This document shows, piece by piece, positions 13,001 to 26,600 of a stretch of 64,000 nt of DNA (positions are counted from its first letter, which is position 1; each line of letters opens with the position of its first letter). The notes under the pieces are model-generated. The model was not told the origin of the DNA. It saw only the letters and a program-made list of their open reading frames with translations, and did no database searches. Source of the stretch: Oculina patagonica (taxonomy: Eukaryota); assembly GCF_052425735.1 (NCBI RefSeq), contig NC_135759.1:44702001-44766000 (forward strand), written 5' to 3'. The translations under genes and the position numbers were made by a program.

Positions 13001-14486
13001 TTAATTCCAGTTCGACTCGATCGACCCGAAATTCTGAATGTAACATCAATTTTGTTTATGCTTTTTTGGTAATATACTTCTTCAAACTTCTTCTCTTGCA
13101 TCAGAAATCAGCTTTCGTGCAGGATCAGCAATAGATTTGCGAATTCAGTATAGCAATTCTTACGACTCAAAATTCAATCGAGGACCCTCTCGCTAAGCAG
13201 GCTTACCGTACCCAAATTCGCAAGTAGCCAATCAGAAGCGCGATCTACTGTCCTGATATCCTACGATATTAGGTCACTGACCTGATATGCCACGATATCA
13301 CGGTCACTTTGAAATAAAGTAGTGTTACCGTACGATGAATTGAAAAGAAGTTTTACCAATAAAAAAGAACCTCGTAATTTAAATTTAGCTGGTGTTTAGC
13401 GGTCGTAAAAGGAGAAAACCTTTCCCGCCAAAATGAAACTTGAGCGCGCTCGCCAATTGCGCGATGTTTGCCAACGAGTACTAAGACATTCAGACTGAAA
13501 CAATGGAGTCAGAATTTCCACTTTTTTCGCTTAATTTGGATATTGAAAATTTAGAGAATGAAACTCCAAACAAACGAGTGGAAAAAAGGCAGAAGAGGAA
13601 TCAATTATTTCATAAATAATATAAATAAGACTCCTGTATAGAAAATGTGAATTTGTTAAAAGCATTTTAATGTTAGTTTAAAGTTTTTTGAAGATGTTCA
13701 GTTGAACTGAACTCACACGCAATGTTGAAGATCACGCGATCAATGGAGTTCTTGTAATGAACTTTAGTTACCATAACAACGACAGTACCAAGACCGAACT
13801 GCTGATTCTCCTTATCTAAAATAATCTGTGGTTGATTTTAAGTAATGTCCGTGGCAGGAGAAAGGAGGAAAGCGGGGGCCGGCCGACGACAGCCCAACGG
13901 AGCGGGCCCACACCACCACCGCGGACCCGGCAGGAGGCCGGCCAGCGACCACGCGAGCCGCGGCGCGCGCCGTCGCGCACCCAGCCGGCGGCCCCACGGC
14001 CACCCGGGGGACGGCCCCGATCGAGCCGGGGGGGGGGGTGGGGGGGGGGGGGGGGGGCCCGGGCGGGACGCCGGGGCGGGCGTCACCGTACGAACAAGGA
14101 CGCGGGGGGCGGGGGGGGTGGCGGGAGGGACGGGGGCGTTTTTTTTGGGCGATTTTTGACACGGTCATTTTATAGACACCGGGGCGCCTAGTACGCGGAC
14201 CATAAAAAGCTGCTATGTTATCGCCACCGTTTAGTTTGCAATGTGGTAACATTTGAAGGTTAGTTAGATTTGTGTATCTCTTCTACTGGGAGACTTAGCT
14301 TTATTGTAACTATGGCGTGTGATAGTTCTCCACATGTTGATGTGTAAGAGTGTACAGAAAAATCAGTATTTACCTATTGTACAGCTGTTTCGGGAACAAA
14401 ACCCAGTACCTGATGACAGTTTCAGTACATAAAGGACGAAGGATTACCCGAATAAGTTCATTGTGTCCAAGATCTTGATAAATAAA

Positions 14487-14720
14487 CTGTAATATTTCGG
14501 TATAAGCTATACCATCAACTAAGAAAATTAACATACAAGCTAGATCTTAAATACTTTGGGTGAGGAGACGAAAACAATAAGTATCTCTGCTGGATTTCAG
14601 TCCATTGTTGAGGGAAGGTGCTAGGCGTTTGATGTAATATGCCTCTTTGTACAGAAGAAGATTCCAATAATTGTCACAATCTAATACTGTTGTATTATCA
14701 CGGACAACTTGGGTGAAATA
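14487..14720 (-). mobile_element. 3' fragment of a Penelope-like element (GIY-YIG C-terminus plus degenerate hammerhead)
   Basis: NTTVLDCDNYWNLLLYKEAYYIKRLAPSLNNG resembles the C-terminus of a PLE endonuclease; GGTATA gct TATACC-GAAA-TATT lies downstream. Confidence 0.6.
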
Positions 14721-14742
14721 TTCTTTGTCATAACACAAATTA

Positions 14743-15252
14743 CGAATGAAAAGTAAATGATCACACGTTCGCAAGTGAAGAATGAAAAGTAAATGATCAC
14801 ACGTTCGCAAGTGAAGATGAAGTATTGAACATGACACGAGCATGGGACAAAGAAAAAATCTGAATCGAACCCATGGACTCCCAGATACCGGTTGGGCGCT
14901 CTAACCAACTGAGCTACGATAGACTCGTTGTGAGCTGGGCCATTTACTAGGTTGATAAGTGACACGCGTCCTGCATACTGCTAGGATCAGCAATGTCGAA
15001 ATCATCAAGTTTGTAGTAAACTGATAAAGATGGTCAATTTTAAGCTCGGTAATAAAATAATAATGAGGATGAAGTATTCAACATGACACGAGCATGGGAC
15101 AAAGAAAAAATCTGAGTCCCCGACGGGAATCGAACCCATGGCCTCCCAGATACCGGTTGGGCGCTCTAACCAACTGAGCTACGAGAGACTCGTTGTGAGC
15201 TGGGCCATTTACTAGGTTGATAGGTGACACGCGCCCTGCTTACTGCTAGGAT
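14743..15252 (-). mobile_element. Two tandem tRNA-derived SINE-like repeats
   Basis: Copies at about 14816-14989 and 15068-15252. Minus strand GTAGCTCAGTTGGTTAGAGCG (A box) .. GGTTCGATTC (B box); imperfect cloverleaf; about 36-bp tandem tail at 14743-14815. Confidence 0.7.
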
Positions 15253-15412
15253 CGCAAGTGTTTGCGCTCTCTTTGTCGGAGATAGCGTTTTCATGTGTTC
15301 GGACGAAAAAAGCTCTTTCGAAAGGAGTTGTTTCAGGAACAGTTGTACTACAGAGGCGTAAATGCTAACGAGACAATGTCGAAAGGTATTATAAGTAGCA
15401 GTAGCAGCAGCT

Positions 15413-15439
15413 GTCGTCGTCATCGTCCTTTCGTCGACG

Positions 15440-15470
<31 letters not shown>

Positions 15471-15488
15471 GGTGGTGGTGGTGGTGGT
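15413..15488. repeat. (GTC)n/(GTG)n compound microsatellite
   Basis: Seen directly. Confidence 0.9.
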
Positions 15489-17474
15489 AATTCTCATCAG
15501 GCCTCGACTACGTTTGGCCGCGCTTGAATGATAGTCGATGAAAGTTCAACTTTTATCTGGAAAATGTGCGGAAATTATATAGGTTTTGGTTTATAGGGTT
15601 CTTTTAGGTTACGGTTTGAGAATCTAAACAAGTGTATAAGTAAAGTGTTATCTACGAACAATCAATATTGTAATCAGACTGACTGTTTAGCAGCTAAGTC
15701 GACCCAAATCGAGTCCCATGAAAAGCCCAGAGCCCCTGCCTTCAAGCCGACTTGCCGCAGTCCACCAATTCTGATTTTACTTTAAATTTAGCCAATGATG
15801 TCATAAGATGTATTTTTACGGGTTCTGTTCATATACCACAACATTGAATAATGCCGATATTTTTTTAATCATAACTGTTTCATTTTAAATTGCACGAACA
15901 CTGTGCCCACGTTTAGTAACCCCCTACAGGCTAATCTTATAATCCTAAGTATTATTTTTTTGTAATGTTGCTAAATTGGGTATATGTATAAAACAAATTG
16001 CAAAGCATTGCACATCATAGTAAATGAAATGATCATTGGTAACAAACATCTTGTTTTCAGTTAAAATCGTAACAAATATCTGAAAAGACTAGTATAGAGC
16101 CTTGAAATGACATATATATTTCTAAGGTTTTTATTGTTTATCTGTCAAGCTTGGTCTAAATAGAGACATTTAGCTTCAGGTTCTCGGCTATAAACGTCAA
16201 ACCACAAACGTCTAGGAATCACGTGACCAGGCCCCGAGGTCACGTTTGAGGTTTTCAACGCACGTTTTCGACGGCAAGAGGTAGCTGTTTCACGTTGGTG
16301 ATTTCCGTCGAGGTTTCTGCTCTTTTATTTTTAGTTAGCTCACGTATTGACACTATACATATCAGAAGTAGTTATTTGTCTTGACACAGAGAAAAAGTTC
16401 AAGTAGAAAGAGTGGATATTGAGCATTTTGTCTTCTTTTGAAAAACAAGCACTTTTATATGTCGCAAATCCAATATGGCGGCGGAAAACTCGCAAGTAAA
16501 TTCTCGGAATCTCACCGTATATTTCTCAGAAAACATCCAGTGGAACGGACGAATGTTTTGAAGGCGAACCAGTCAAATTTCAAGAAGGATGTAAGCGTTA
16601 AGGTAAACTTCTTCTTTCACAGATACCGACAAAACAGAGCATTTTTTGAGAGAAGTGTATTTATCATGAAAGAAAAAGTAAATTTTGATTTTGCCGTGAA
16701 TCTTGTCGAGCAGTTTGTGTGCTTTTCTTCCTGTCGCCTTCGACAACCGTCAATAAAGAAAGCGGTGTAAGACCGGATCACTGGTAATTTTGAATTTTAG
16801 AATTTGACAAGCCATCTTTCCATTTTAGTAAACTTCTTTTCTACGCGAATTTGCTCGAGGTTGAAGACGTCTAGCTAAACCGGTAGAGTTCATGATACCT
16901 CAAACGCCAAACGACTAACCTTAAACTGCCGTTTGCGGTTTGCCGTTTAGGTGAAAAACCTGTAGCTAAATATATATTTTGTTAAACTTCTAGCAGCTTT
17001 GTTAGTCTTGTTAAACAGCTCAGAAAAACAAGTTTGAGTTTATTTTCTATATTGAACTTTTAAAATCATCTTTAGTTTACATGTGTTGACCTAGAAAAGC
17101 CATTAGCGCCCCCTTATATCCTAGCACTTAACAGAACTTGTTTTGTTGCATGATGAATAATGTCTCAAGACACCTAAGTAACTTTATTTTAGCTTTGTTA
17201 TCAGTTAATTGATTGGCTTCTGCGTTCCTTCATTGCTTCGATACATGCCACTCAGCTTCTGAAACATCATATACAAAATATATCAAAAACAACTAGTATG
17301 TATTCCCATAATCTAAACCTGCAGATTAAGATAGGAAGAAAAAAAAGGAAAACAGCTATCAAACACTAGGGAAAACTATTCAAAAGGCCGCACAGGGCCG
17401 TAACTAGCAAGAGGCAAGACGAGGCACTTGCCTCGTCTTGATTTTTGTCCCAAAATTAAAATCAAAAATTGATA

Positions 17475-17691
17475 CACTTGAACCCTCAGTAACTCGAACT
17501 CCCGCTAACTCGAACCTTTTTGATCCCCGATAACTCGAACCCTCAGTAACTCGAACTCCCGCTAACTCGAACCTTTTTCGATTCCCCTTCAGGTCGTTTT
17601 CTTACTAATTTTACCCTCAGTAACTCGAACTCCCGATATCTCGAACCTTTTTCGATTTCCCTTGAAGGTTCGAGTTATCGGGATTCAACTG
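17475..17691. mobile_element. Tc1/mariner(pogo)-type MITE
   Basis: TA|CACTTGAACCC..GGGATTCAACTG|TA, with internal TAACTCGAAC repeats. Confidence 0.7.
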
Positions 17692-17944
17692 TAAATGGTC
17701 GAGTTAACAGCAAAATTGTTGATAACTTTAGGAACAGTACAACTTTCTAGTTACAAAGTGGACTTATATAGCGTACAATGTGTTATACTACGTTACATAA
17801 CAAATGCGAATGGGCCTAGCAAAAATTGGCGACGTGGTATCGCCAATGCACTCAGCATATTCCTTTAACCCATGCTCCGTTTGAGCCATTACAAATTATG
17901 GGGATTAAATAACCTCAGTAAATAGATGGAGTACACAACTTACC

Positions 17945-18075
17945 TTAAACGCAAAGTTTACATGACTTTGGACAGTATGTGGCCGAGAAGTCAGGATGGA
18001 ACCAGCAAAAGTCCTCGGTAGCTCTCTTTTGACACATACGTGCGTGGACAGGGTCATCAACGCATGAAGCTGAAG
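17945..18075 (-). CDS. Exon: C-terminal ShK domain, copy 1
   Basis: SASCVDDPVHARMCQKRATEDFCWFHPDFSATYCPKSCKLCV*; homologous exons in copies 2 and 3. Confidence 0.85.
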
Positions 18076-21000
18076 CTGAACAAAAGAAAATGAAGAGATA
18101 ATGTGCTTATATTTAACTCGATATCACGAAATACACGTGCATTTAAAAATATTTACTATATAAAAATACAGTCGAAGCTCTCGTAAGCGGACACCCTCGG
18201 GACGCGAAAAAAGTGTCCGTAACTGGAGCTGGACGCTTACGAGAATGGTACTCGTAAGCGGCTACTAGAGGTGTTGGGGATAGATGGCCGCTTACGGGAG
18301 CTTTCCCAGCTAACAGTAACCAGACGGACGACAAAACAACCACTGAAATGTAGTCCTGTAATTACTGTAAAATCATTGTCACAAACGGCGATGTGAATTT
18401 GATTGATAATAACAAGATACGGAGGTTGTTAGTAGGATTTTCTTTCGGGTGTCCGCCTACGGGAGCTTAAAAACAAAGAAAAAGTCTAAGTCGCGGCCGC
18501 TTACGGGAATGTCCGCTTACGAGAATGTTAAAATACAGAGTTTGTATGGGAGTTAATACGGGGTTTCAGACAAGGTGGTCGTAAGTAGAGCTGTCCGCTT
18601 ACGAGAGTGTCCGGTAAGAGAGCTTCGGCTGTATGTAAAAAATTAATTACAAAACATTTACGATATTCATGTGTTGTCATTTGTGTCTAAAATAGTACTT
18701 TTCTCGATACTGTTATATCGTTGTCGTTACCCTGAAGTTGTAAATACGTTTATAAAGGTGAAGCTGTCTAGACTACCTAAGACTGTGCGTTCAACTTTAA
18801 CACGAAAAGACGTTCTCGATTAAAAAAAAAATATTTTGGCAGCAAACTTGGATGTTCATTTTGAGCTTGAATTGCGCCGGTGCTGCTGTATGGATGCGAT
18901 GCGTGGGGGTCAGAACTCCCACCGTTTACTGAGCGCCATGTGATAATAGTACATTTACAGGTTCTTTTGATATTCGCAGCCTGTAAAATGTTTCCTCTTT
19001 TGCACGCCCAGGAAACAATTCCGTTTACGTGTTTTGGGGGCCTTAAAGCCACGAAAATGTATCGTATGGATACTCAAACGTCCCATCAACTAAAACATAG
19101 CAGCTGTACGAGAAGCAGAAAACCAGAGAAAATAGGAAATACTTACGCGATAAAACTGTAGGTTTCGGTGGCGCTGTAAACATAATTGAAAAAAAGATTA
19201 TTAGAGAAAGATACGTCATATATAAAGTACTGCAACCGATAATAACAGTCTCTTTTGTACGCCCAGGAAACAATTTTGAAAAGCGTTTACGTGTTTTGGA
19301 GGGCTTTGTTTTAGTTGAGGGGGGTCCTTGACTCTTTTGCATTTCATCCTTTGGCCTTGTTTTTCTTAGCCTTAGCCTTAGCCATAAATTGTAATAAATT
19401 TTAAGCCAAGAAAACGTATCGTGTGGATACTTAAACGTCCCACCAACTGAAATATAGCACCTTTACAAGAAGCAGAAAACAAGAGAAAATAGGAAATACA
19501 TACTTGGTTGTTGTGGCGCTCCAGGTTTTGGCGGAGCTGTAAACACGAACGAAAAAAGATGATTACATAAAGAACGATCATGTATAAAGTACAGCAACCG
19601 AATATAACAGTGTTTACCCAGGGTCAGACTTCACCGCTCTTCCGTTATAATCGTCTTTGTCCCACTATTAACTTACTATTCCGCACTGCAGTGAATATTC
19701 AATATTAAATAAGATACAACAGTGGTATATCTTGCCGTCATATTCTTTTTGTTACTCAAATCTCCAAACCAAAAAAAAAAAAACATTACTCTCTGTATCA
19801 ACAGTGTCACTGCATGTCTGTACATGTGAGTACGAAAAAAATATTGATGTGTCAATTTACGAAGCTTGTTTCCGTAAAATACTAAGGGCGCTTTCCATTA
19901 GTCAGGACTGGCCATACAGTTTCTTTTGTTCTCAAACAAGCTTGATTTTCTCGAAATCTAGACTGACACTTGGTGTTTATTTTTTGATATGTTAAAGTTT
20001 AGTAGATTGACTAACTGTTGACGAAATTTTAGAAAAATCTGTAAGAGCGTTTTCAAGTAAATCAAGAATGAAATTTTCAATAAAACACCGTTTTACTATA
20101 AAATAGGCGCTTTACAATTGTTTCGTATTATTTGAACACAGTTACTCTCACTGAAATACAAATACTTACACCATCAAAGACCATTAACTAAAAGTGAAAG
20201 ACATTTTGCTTTAATTTGTTAAAATATATCGACTGCCGCTTGTAGGAAACTATAAGAAAATACCAAAAACTTCATTCTTGATTTACTCTAAAACGCTCTT
20301 GCAGATTTTCCTAAAATTTTGTGTATAGGTAGTCAATCTACAATACTTGAACATATAAAAAAATGAATACCAAGAGTCAATCTAGATTTGGAGAAAATCA
20401 AGCTTGTTTGAGAACAAAAGAAAACGTCAGTGGTTGCTATGGTAACCTTTGTGACAAAGTGACGGGTAAAAAATTAAAATTTGGTCTTATATGATCATTA
20501 TGGTGTATTTTGGCAAAAAATGAAGATTGGCTTCCTAGATTATTTCAATTTTCAAAACAACCCCCCTTCGGCTAAAAAAACTACATCGAGCCTCCTTAAG
20601 CCATCTTTATTATTATTAGAACGTCAAGTTCATAAATACTTATCAGGCTGCAACTGATACTTACTACAGTCATTTTGGCTTAGGTAGTCAAGTATTCCCT
20701 GCAAGTGCTCTTGGATGTTCTTAGCATCCACAACATCCTCGTCACGGTCTGTCATCAACCTTAATCTACGTTTATTCTCTCCAGTGCCAATACCAACAGC
20801 CAGCACACGAACACCTGCGTCTCGTAAGGGCTTGGAGGTTTGCTTCAAGCCCCTGGCTCCGCTTGACTGGACACCGTCAGTTAGTATTATATCAATCTTA
20901 TACACACCCTGTCTGGCCGCTGGTAAGACTTGATTAACTGCAACTTTTAGGGCCTTGTCGATTCGTGTTCTGCCGCCCATTCTCGGTAGTTGCTGCACAG

Positions 21001-23608
21001 CATCTTGAAATTTGTCCACCGTCTCGTATTGTCCAAACTGAGCTACCTGTGAGGCTGAGGGGCCGAAAAGAACCATTGCTGCTCGATTTTTACCTGGTGC
21101 TTTATCCAAAGTCGTCACTAATTTCTTGACTACTTCCTTTGCATCGTTGAATTCTGATTCAACACTGCCTGAAGAGTCCACGATAAATACCACATCCGTT
21201 GGACACGCACGAGTAACTGAAAAGTATGAAAGTTATAAGAACTTAAAATCAGTTTAACGCTTGTCAGGAGTCTTTAGTTTTAAATTCGGGAATTGGGTAA
21301 TATTTATTTACTACTAGAATAAAGCTAAGTGCTTCATTGGGAAACATAGTAACAATAAGGAATAGAATATTAAGAATTGAACTTGAATAGAATAAATTTG
21401 TAGAGCGCTCAACTCGGAGAGGAGCAGTGATAATAATAAATCAAAAGTAGGAAGATTTCAATTTATCGTTTTTTGCGACAACACTGTTTCGTGTGATCAA
21501 AGGATGACCACACTCATCAGGCAATATCAACGAATGACCGTTAGAATACATAAACTGGCAATAAAAGGCTAACTTAAGGTTGCTATGCGATATAAAAACA
21601 GTTGCTATGATATATAAAAACTATAGGGTTATAAAAAAACAGAAATTGCGTATACTAAAGATTGCGTTACTTAATCACAAACATTAAGAATTATATATAT
21701 CATGTAAAATTATAGTAACTTTAGTAACTTAAGTAAAAAAAAATTGGCATTTTTTTCAAGTTTATCATTTGTAATCCGTCTTAATCTTCGTCAGTCGAAA
21801 CCAACCTAATTTATTTTCGGGTTTTGTTATTCCTTTGGTGTTTTTCTATGTAGAAAACTGTTATTTCGAGGTTTCCTTCAATTTATCTAATCAGAAAAAA
21901 AAATGATTTGAAATACCGTGACATTTCCCCGCATTAAACTTGTTTAGTGTTGGAAACGTTCAAAACAAATTTTCATGACTTAATATGTGACACCAAACAA
22001 ACAATTCAAAGCGAAATTGTTCTTTCAGTGTGTGACCTTTTAGCATTGTACACTACTCACGATCTATATTAATCGAAATGGGACTTATCTTCACTAGTTT
22101 CAATCTTTTTCTTGTTTGTCCATCAGCCTACTTTTGCTGTGTTGCATCGACTATTTTCACAATCGAGGCTAAGACTTTTCTGGCATTTTCCCAATCGAAA
22201 CTAAGATTATAGGACAAATTGGACTGCAAAAAAGGAATTTGTAGCCGCCCTTACCCTGTCCTGGTCCAGGACCTTCTCTACCGAACCCTATACGCTAGTT
22301 GTTCTAGCTTCCCAGGGGAAAGCAAAGAAACAGTAACTTGAAAGAAAATCGACTTACTAGGGCATTTCTGTGCATTGCACGAAATAGTCTTTACAGCAGG
22401 TCCCCATCTGTTACAATTTCTTCCACCGTTAGATGGCGGGGGATTGGTGCAGGTTCTTTTTACTGTTTGTATCCCAACTCCACACGTCGCACTGCACTCA
22501 GACGCAGGAGACCAATCAGTGTACTTTCCGTCTATAGGAGCTAAGAAAGAAAGAAGAAAAAAATCAATTCATAGTCAACAACATCGTTTGAAATCACATC
22601 CACAGAATTGTCCATGCCCCTTTCCACGAAACTGTACATAATAGCGTTGCCCTAGCGTCTAAAGTAAGTGAACAATAACTTAGATTAGTAGAAACTCAGC
22701 TGTGTTCTTTTGGAAATCTGATTGGTTCTTCCACTGTTTTCTATTTTAACAATAGAGTGTTTCTGTCGAGGAACTATCGGCTGATTCCGCGGATTTGATG
22801 TTCTTAAAACAAATAGTAGCCCGAGAAGCGAAGCTTCGAGGATTGCATTTTAGAACATCTCAGGGAACAGACGATGTTCCTCCATTGTTCACACTAAATT
22901 TTCCCCGCGCACATAACGAGATCGTGAATTATTTTTACTTTTCAGAATAAAAAACTCAATTGAGAGCCGAAATTTAACAAACGAAACAAAACCAGACAAG
23001 AAACCCACGAAATGCAGTGAATTTGGTTGGTGTTTTTTGTCTGCAGGCACGCTTGTTTACAAAAAAAAGTCACGGGCGGGCACTATCGATCCGGGCATTT
23101 TTCTCGGGAGGGCACTATGGGCTGTTAGCATAACCACACTGACCTACTATTGGTAATCGCGCAATCTGATTGGCTACACAGGTGCCTACTATCGATCCGT
23201 AGAAGGCTCTCGGAGCGCGCGCGTAGTCTTCGCGAATTTTATCAATCAAAACCTTCAATAAATCAATCTAGCGATATCGAGTTTAATGATCGGTCAGTGG
23301 GTATGCAACAAAGAGGCCGCTCTCGGTTCTACCGGCTTTGATAGTGGCTCGGGGCCGCCCCCGCCAACTATCAGCCGGTAGAAACCTCGAGCTGCCGTCT
23401 AATTGTTAAATAGTGCCCTCCGGCGGAGGGCACTATCGCGTCACGTGTTCAATTTAAACCAATCAGAATCGGAGAAAATTTAGTGGTGAACTATAATCGC
23501 CGATAGAAAACAGTCGCGCGCGCGAGTAGCTTTTTAAGTGGTAAATTTTCTTAATTTTTATCTTCAAAGTGCACAATATTGTAGGTTTTGGACTACAATC
23601 CTTTAGAT

Positions 23609-23644
<36 letters not shown>

Positions 23645-26600
23645 TTGCTCATAGAAAACTCGGGCTCGTAGTCTAACTGTTAAATAGTATTGACTTACTT
23701 GGGCATCTCCCTACATTGCACGAAATAGTCTTTTCAGCAGGTCCCCATCTGGTGCAATTTCTTCCACCATTAGATGGCGGGGGATTGGTGCAGGTCCTTC
23801 TTAATGTCTGGATTCCAATTCCACACGTCACACTGCACTCAGACGCCGGAGACCAATTAGTGTATTTTCCGTCTACAGGAGCTATGAAAAAGAACGAGAA
23901 CACTTCAGTTATATTGTAACATAGCCGCATGCTTACTGCTGTGGAATGGAGCTTAAAAGCCCATTCGCTAGGCATCTTATAGATTTTACGAAGACACTAA
24001 AAAACAATCAGTGTAATGTTCCTTCCTTTTAAATTCGATCAGTGTTCGCGTTATATCTATTCATCTATCTATATATATATTTGTTTGCTTGTTAGTTTGT
24101 TACATGAATTCTTTAATTTCAACCCTGTACCATTATAATATTTCTATCAAGATTTTCTTTTACAATCCAAACTTACCACAGACGAACTCTTTAAAATCTT
24201 CATAAAGCCTGTTCGACAGGACTGTAAAATTGCTATAAAGAACAACTTTTCCTTTTTTACCAGCTGTCTGTTTCATTTTGTCCTCGCTCTGCGCCGCGCC
24301 TGGGCCAATTCCAATAACCTTGATAGTGACATTTTTAGCCTGCGTTAAATAAATGGTACAGCATTTTAGAAAGCATTTGATAATGAGGGTTGCGCAAAGC
24401 ATTTTCTTCAGATGGAGCAGGGCATCTTGAAGGAATAATAATTAGCTTTCATAACACACATCAGTCCTAAATGCTGCCGTTTGCCGTTTGGCGTTCGTAC
24501 GCGGAAATAAGAATTTGGAATTTTTTCTTTATTTTTATGAGGGATTACTTTGACAATTCCATAAAAAGGAAACAAAATGAAAGGCAAGCTCGTTTGTCGT
24601 TTGCCTTATAACGTCATGCTTAATCTCTCTCATATTGATCACAATTACCTCGGGGTAAGTTTTAAGGGTAAAATTTGCAATATGTAGAAGGCTTTCTTCC
24701 CGGGGGGAGGACTCCTCGTCGTCTCGCTTAGGGGTGTAAATTTCGGGTTTTTGGTCCCATTCAGGGTGTTGCGGGCAAATCGCCAATAATTTTAGCCTTG
24801 AAGATCTCGTTTAGGGCTGCACACGAAGAAATGTACGAATATAAATTCTATTTTTTCGTATTTTGGTATCTTTTAGGGCACACAAAAAGCTCCAGCCAAA
24901 ACCAGATTAGTCTCTTCAAGGGGTGCTTTTCAAAATTTCCGACGAGCATCCCTTCCCCTTTTCAAATGGAAGTCTTCCAGGGGCTCAATAAAGAGGGTCT
25001 CAATGGGGTTAACCGTTAGCCGTAAAAAGGCCAAAACTTTAGCCGTTAGGCGTAAAAATTGGAAAATTTTAACCGCTAGCCGTTAAATGTGTCAACCGTA
25101 AAAATCGGCCAGTAATAACAAATAAACAAGACTAGATCACTTCATCGTACCAGAATGGTCCTTAGACCTAAAAAATGTTTTTCAATAATGGAAATTAATT
25201 TTTAACTTCTGTTAACCGTTATGGAAATAAATTAACCGTTAGCCGTAAAAAAATCCATTATTTTAACCGTTAACCGTAAAAGCCATTACCCCCATTGACA
25301 CCCTCAATAAAGGGTGTTTCACAATTAACAAAATCATGTAAAATTAAGTAGAAGTACCTCCAAATCTTTTGTCAATTTCGCAAACGGAATTTGCGGTTCA
25401 TTATCCCAATCCGCAATATACGGTATTCCATCGGTAAAGATAAGCATAACATTAATGGCATTTGGTCTGTCTCCACCTTCCTCGTCAAACAACTTTGTCA
25501 ACGCCAGATTCTCAGCCATATCTGTTCGAGTTCCCTCTTTTTCTGGAACAACTTTTAATGCGTCAGCCACGCTTCTCTTCAGGTTCGTTGCATTGTGGTA
25601 ATTCGTGTTTGAAAAGTTGTGGTGGACTGTTGCACGATCACCAAAAGTGACAAGACCAAAGTGATTACCAGCTGTAGACACACCAAGTTTGTCCACCAAC
25701 GCATTGACGATATCTACCAGGTGATGGCGGTCAGCTTCCTTCATACTTTGAGATATATCACCCAGAATGGCGATATCCATGATTTGATGACAGTCATCTA
25801 AATTGAATAAGAAATCACCATTGTCTGATTCGTTGGGCGCTATTATAAGAAATATTTCCTGTACTGGCCTTTTTGACAAAAAATGCCACTGAGCAAGTTT
25901 TATCAAGCATCGGATTAGTTCGTCCACTGTGAGTTAGAGAGCTGCCTCAAAACAAGATATATTCTCTTACACATGAAAAACTTTTTCTTTTTCTTTTCTT
26001 TATGTCATATAGAGGCGGTTTTAGTGTACAGTCTCAATTAATGGAACTGTGATAGCTGGCAAAAGGTTAAGCTAGCTTTTATAATTAATTGCGACGATTA
26101 TTTTGATCTCTGACGGTAAACCCAGGTCGGCAAAGGTTTGCTTTCAGCTAATAGCAAAGCAAAACTAATGGTTTTGACTTTTCATATTTGTGTATCAAAC
26201 CCCTCTCGCCGACAAAAAAAGATAAAAGAAAAATTATTTTTGACCGCAAAGTTGGACAAATACCCACATTTCACGTATTGCATGCGGTGCATGTAAAGCA
26301 GAAATCATTACCTTCATCCGATGATGCCAAGTCTCTCCGCGGTAGACCTGAAATGAATAACAGCGTGTCAATGGGGCATTATCGTAGCAATCAGTTAACA
26401 GCAAAAGCAAGCAAAGTTTAATCATCAGAACATCTGAAGGATTGCGCGTAAACACGACATCAAGTCAAAATACATGTACAAGGCAGATTTTTTTGAAAAA
26501 ATATCCACTGTTGAACTTGTAAACGGATTTTCATTTTCACTGTTTTTCCACCTTTTGCTCCTACGTTCCGGCCCGTATCCGCTTAATAAATAATTTCCTT

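Noticed and set aside
13812-14252. Overlapping Pro/Gly/Arg-rich ORFs
   Set aside because: By-product of extreme GC content (few stops); no domain signal; possible sequencing artefact
15113-15188. Apparent tRNA gene
   Set aside because: Anticodon and acceptor stems are imperfect, and it sits in a longer tandemly repeated unit; treated as a SINE-like repeat
16438-16770. ORF 'MKNKHFYMSQ...' recurring three times (also 41693 and 51691)
   Set aside because: TTG start, different stop positions, no domain; recurrence is explained by the segmental duplication
17480-17680. Short repeats with spacers resembling a CRISPR array
   Set aside because: Internal repeats of a TA-flanked MITE in eukaryotic DNA; spacers are not unique; no cas genes
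21787-21802. CTGACGA / GAAAC-containing motif (also 10637, 46052, 57331) as a hammerhead
   Set aside because: CTGACGA and GAAA are on opposite strands and no stem II is present
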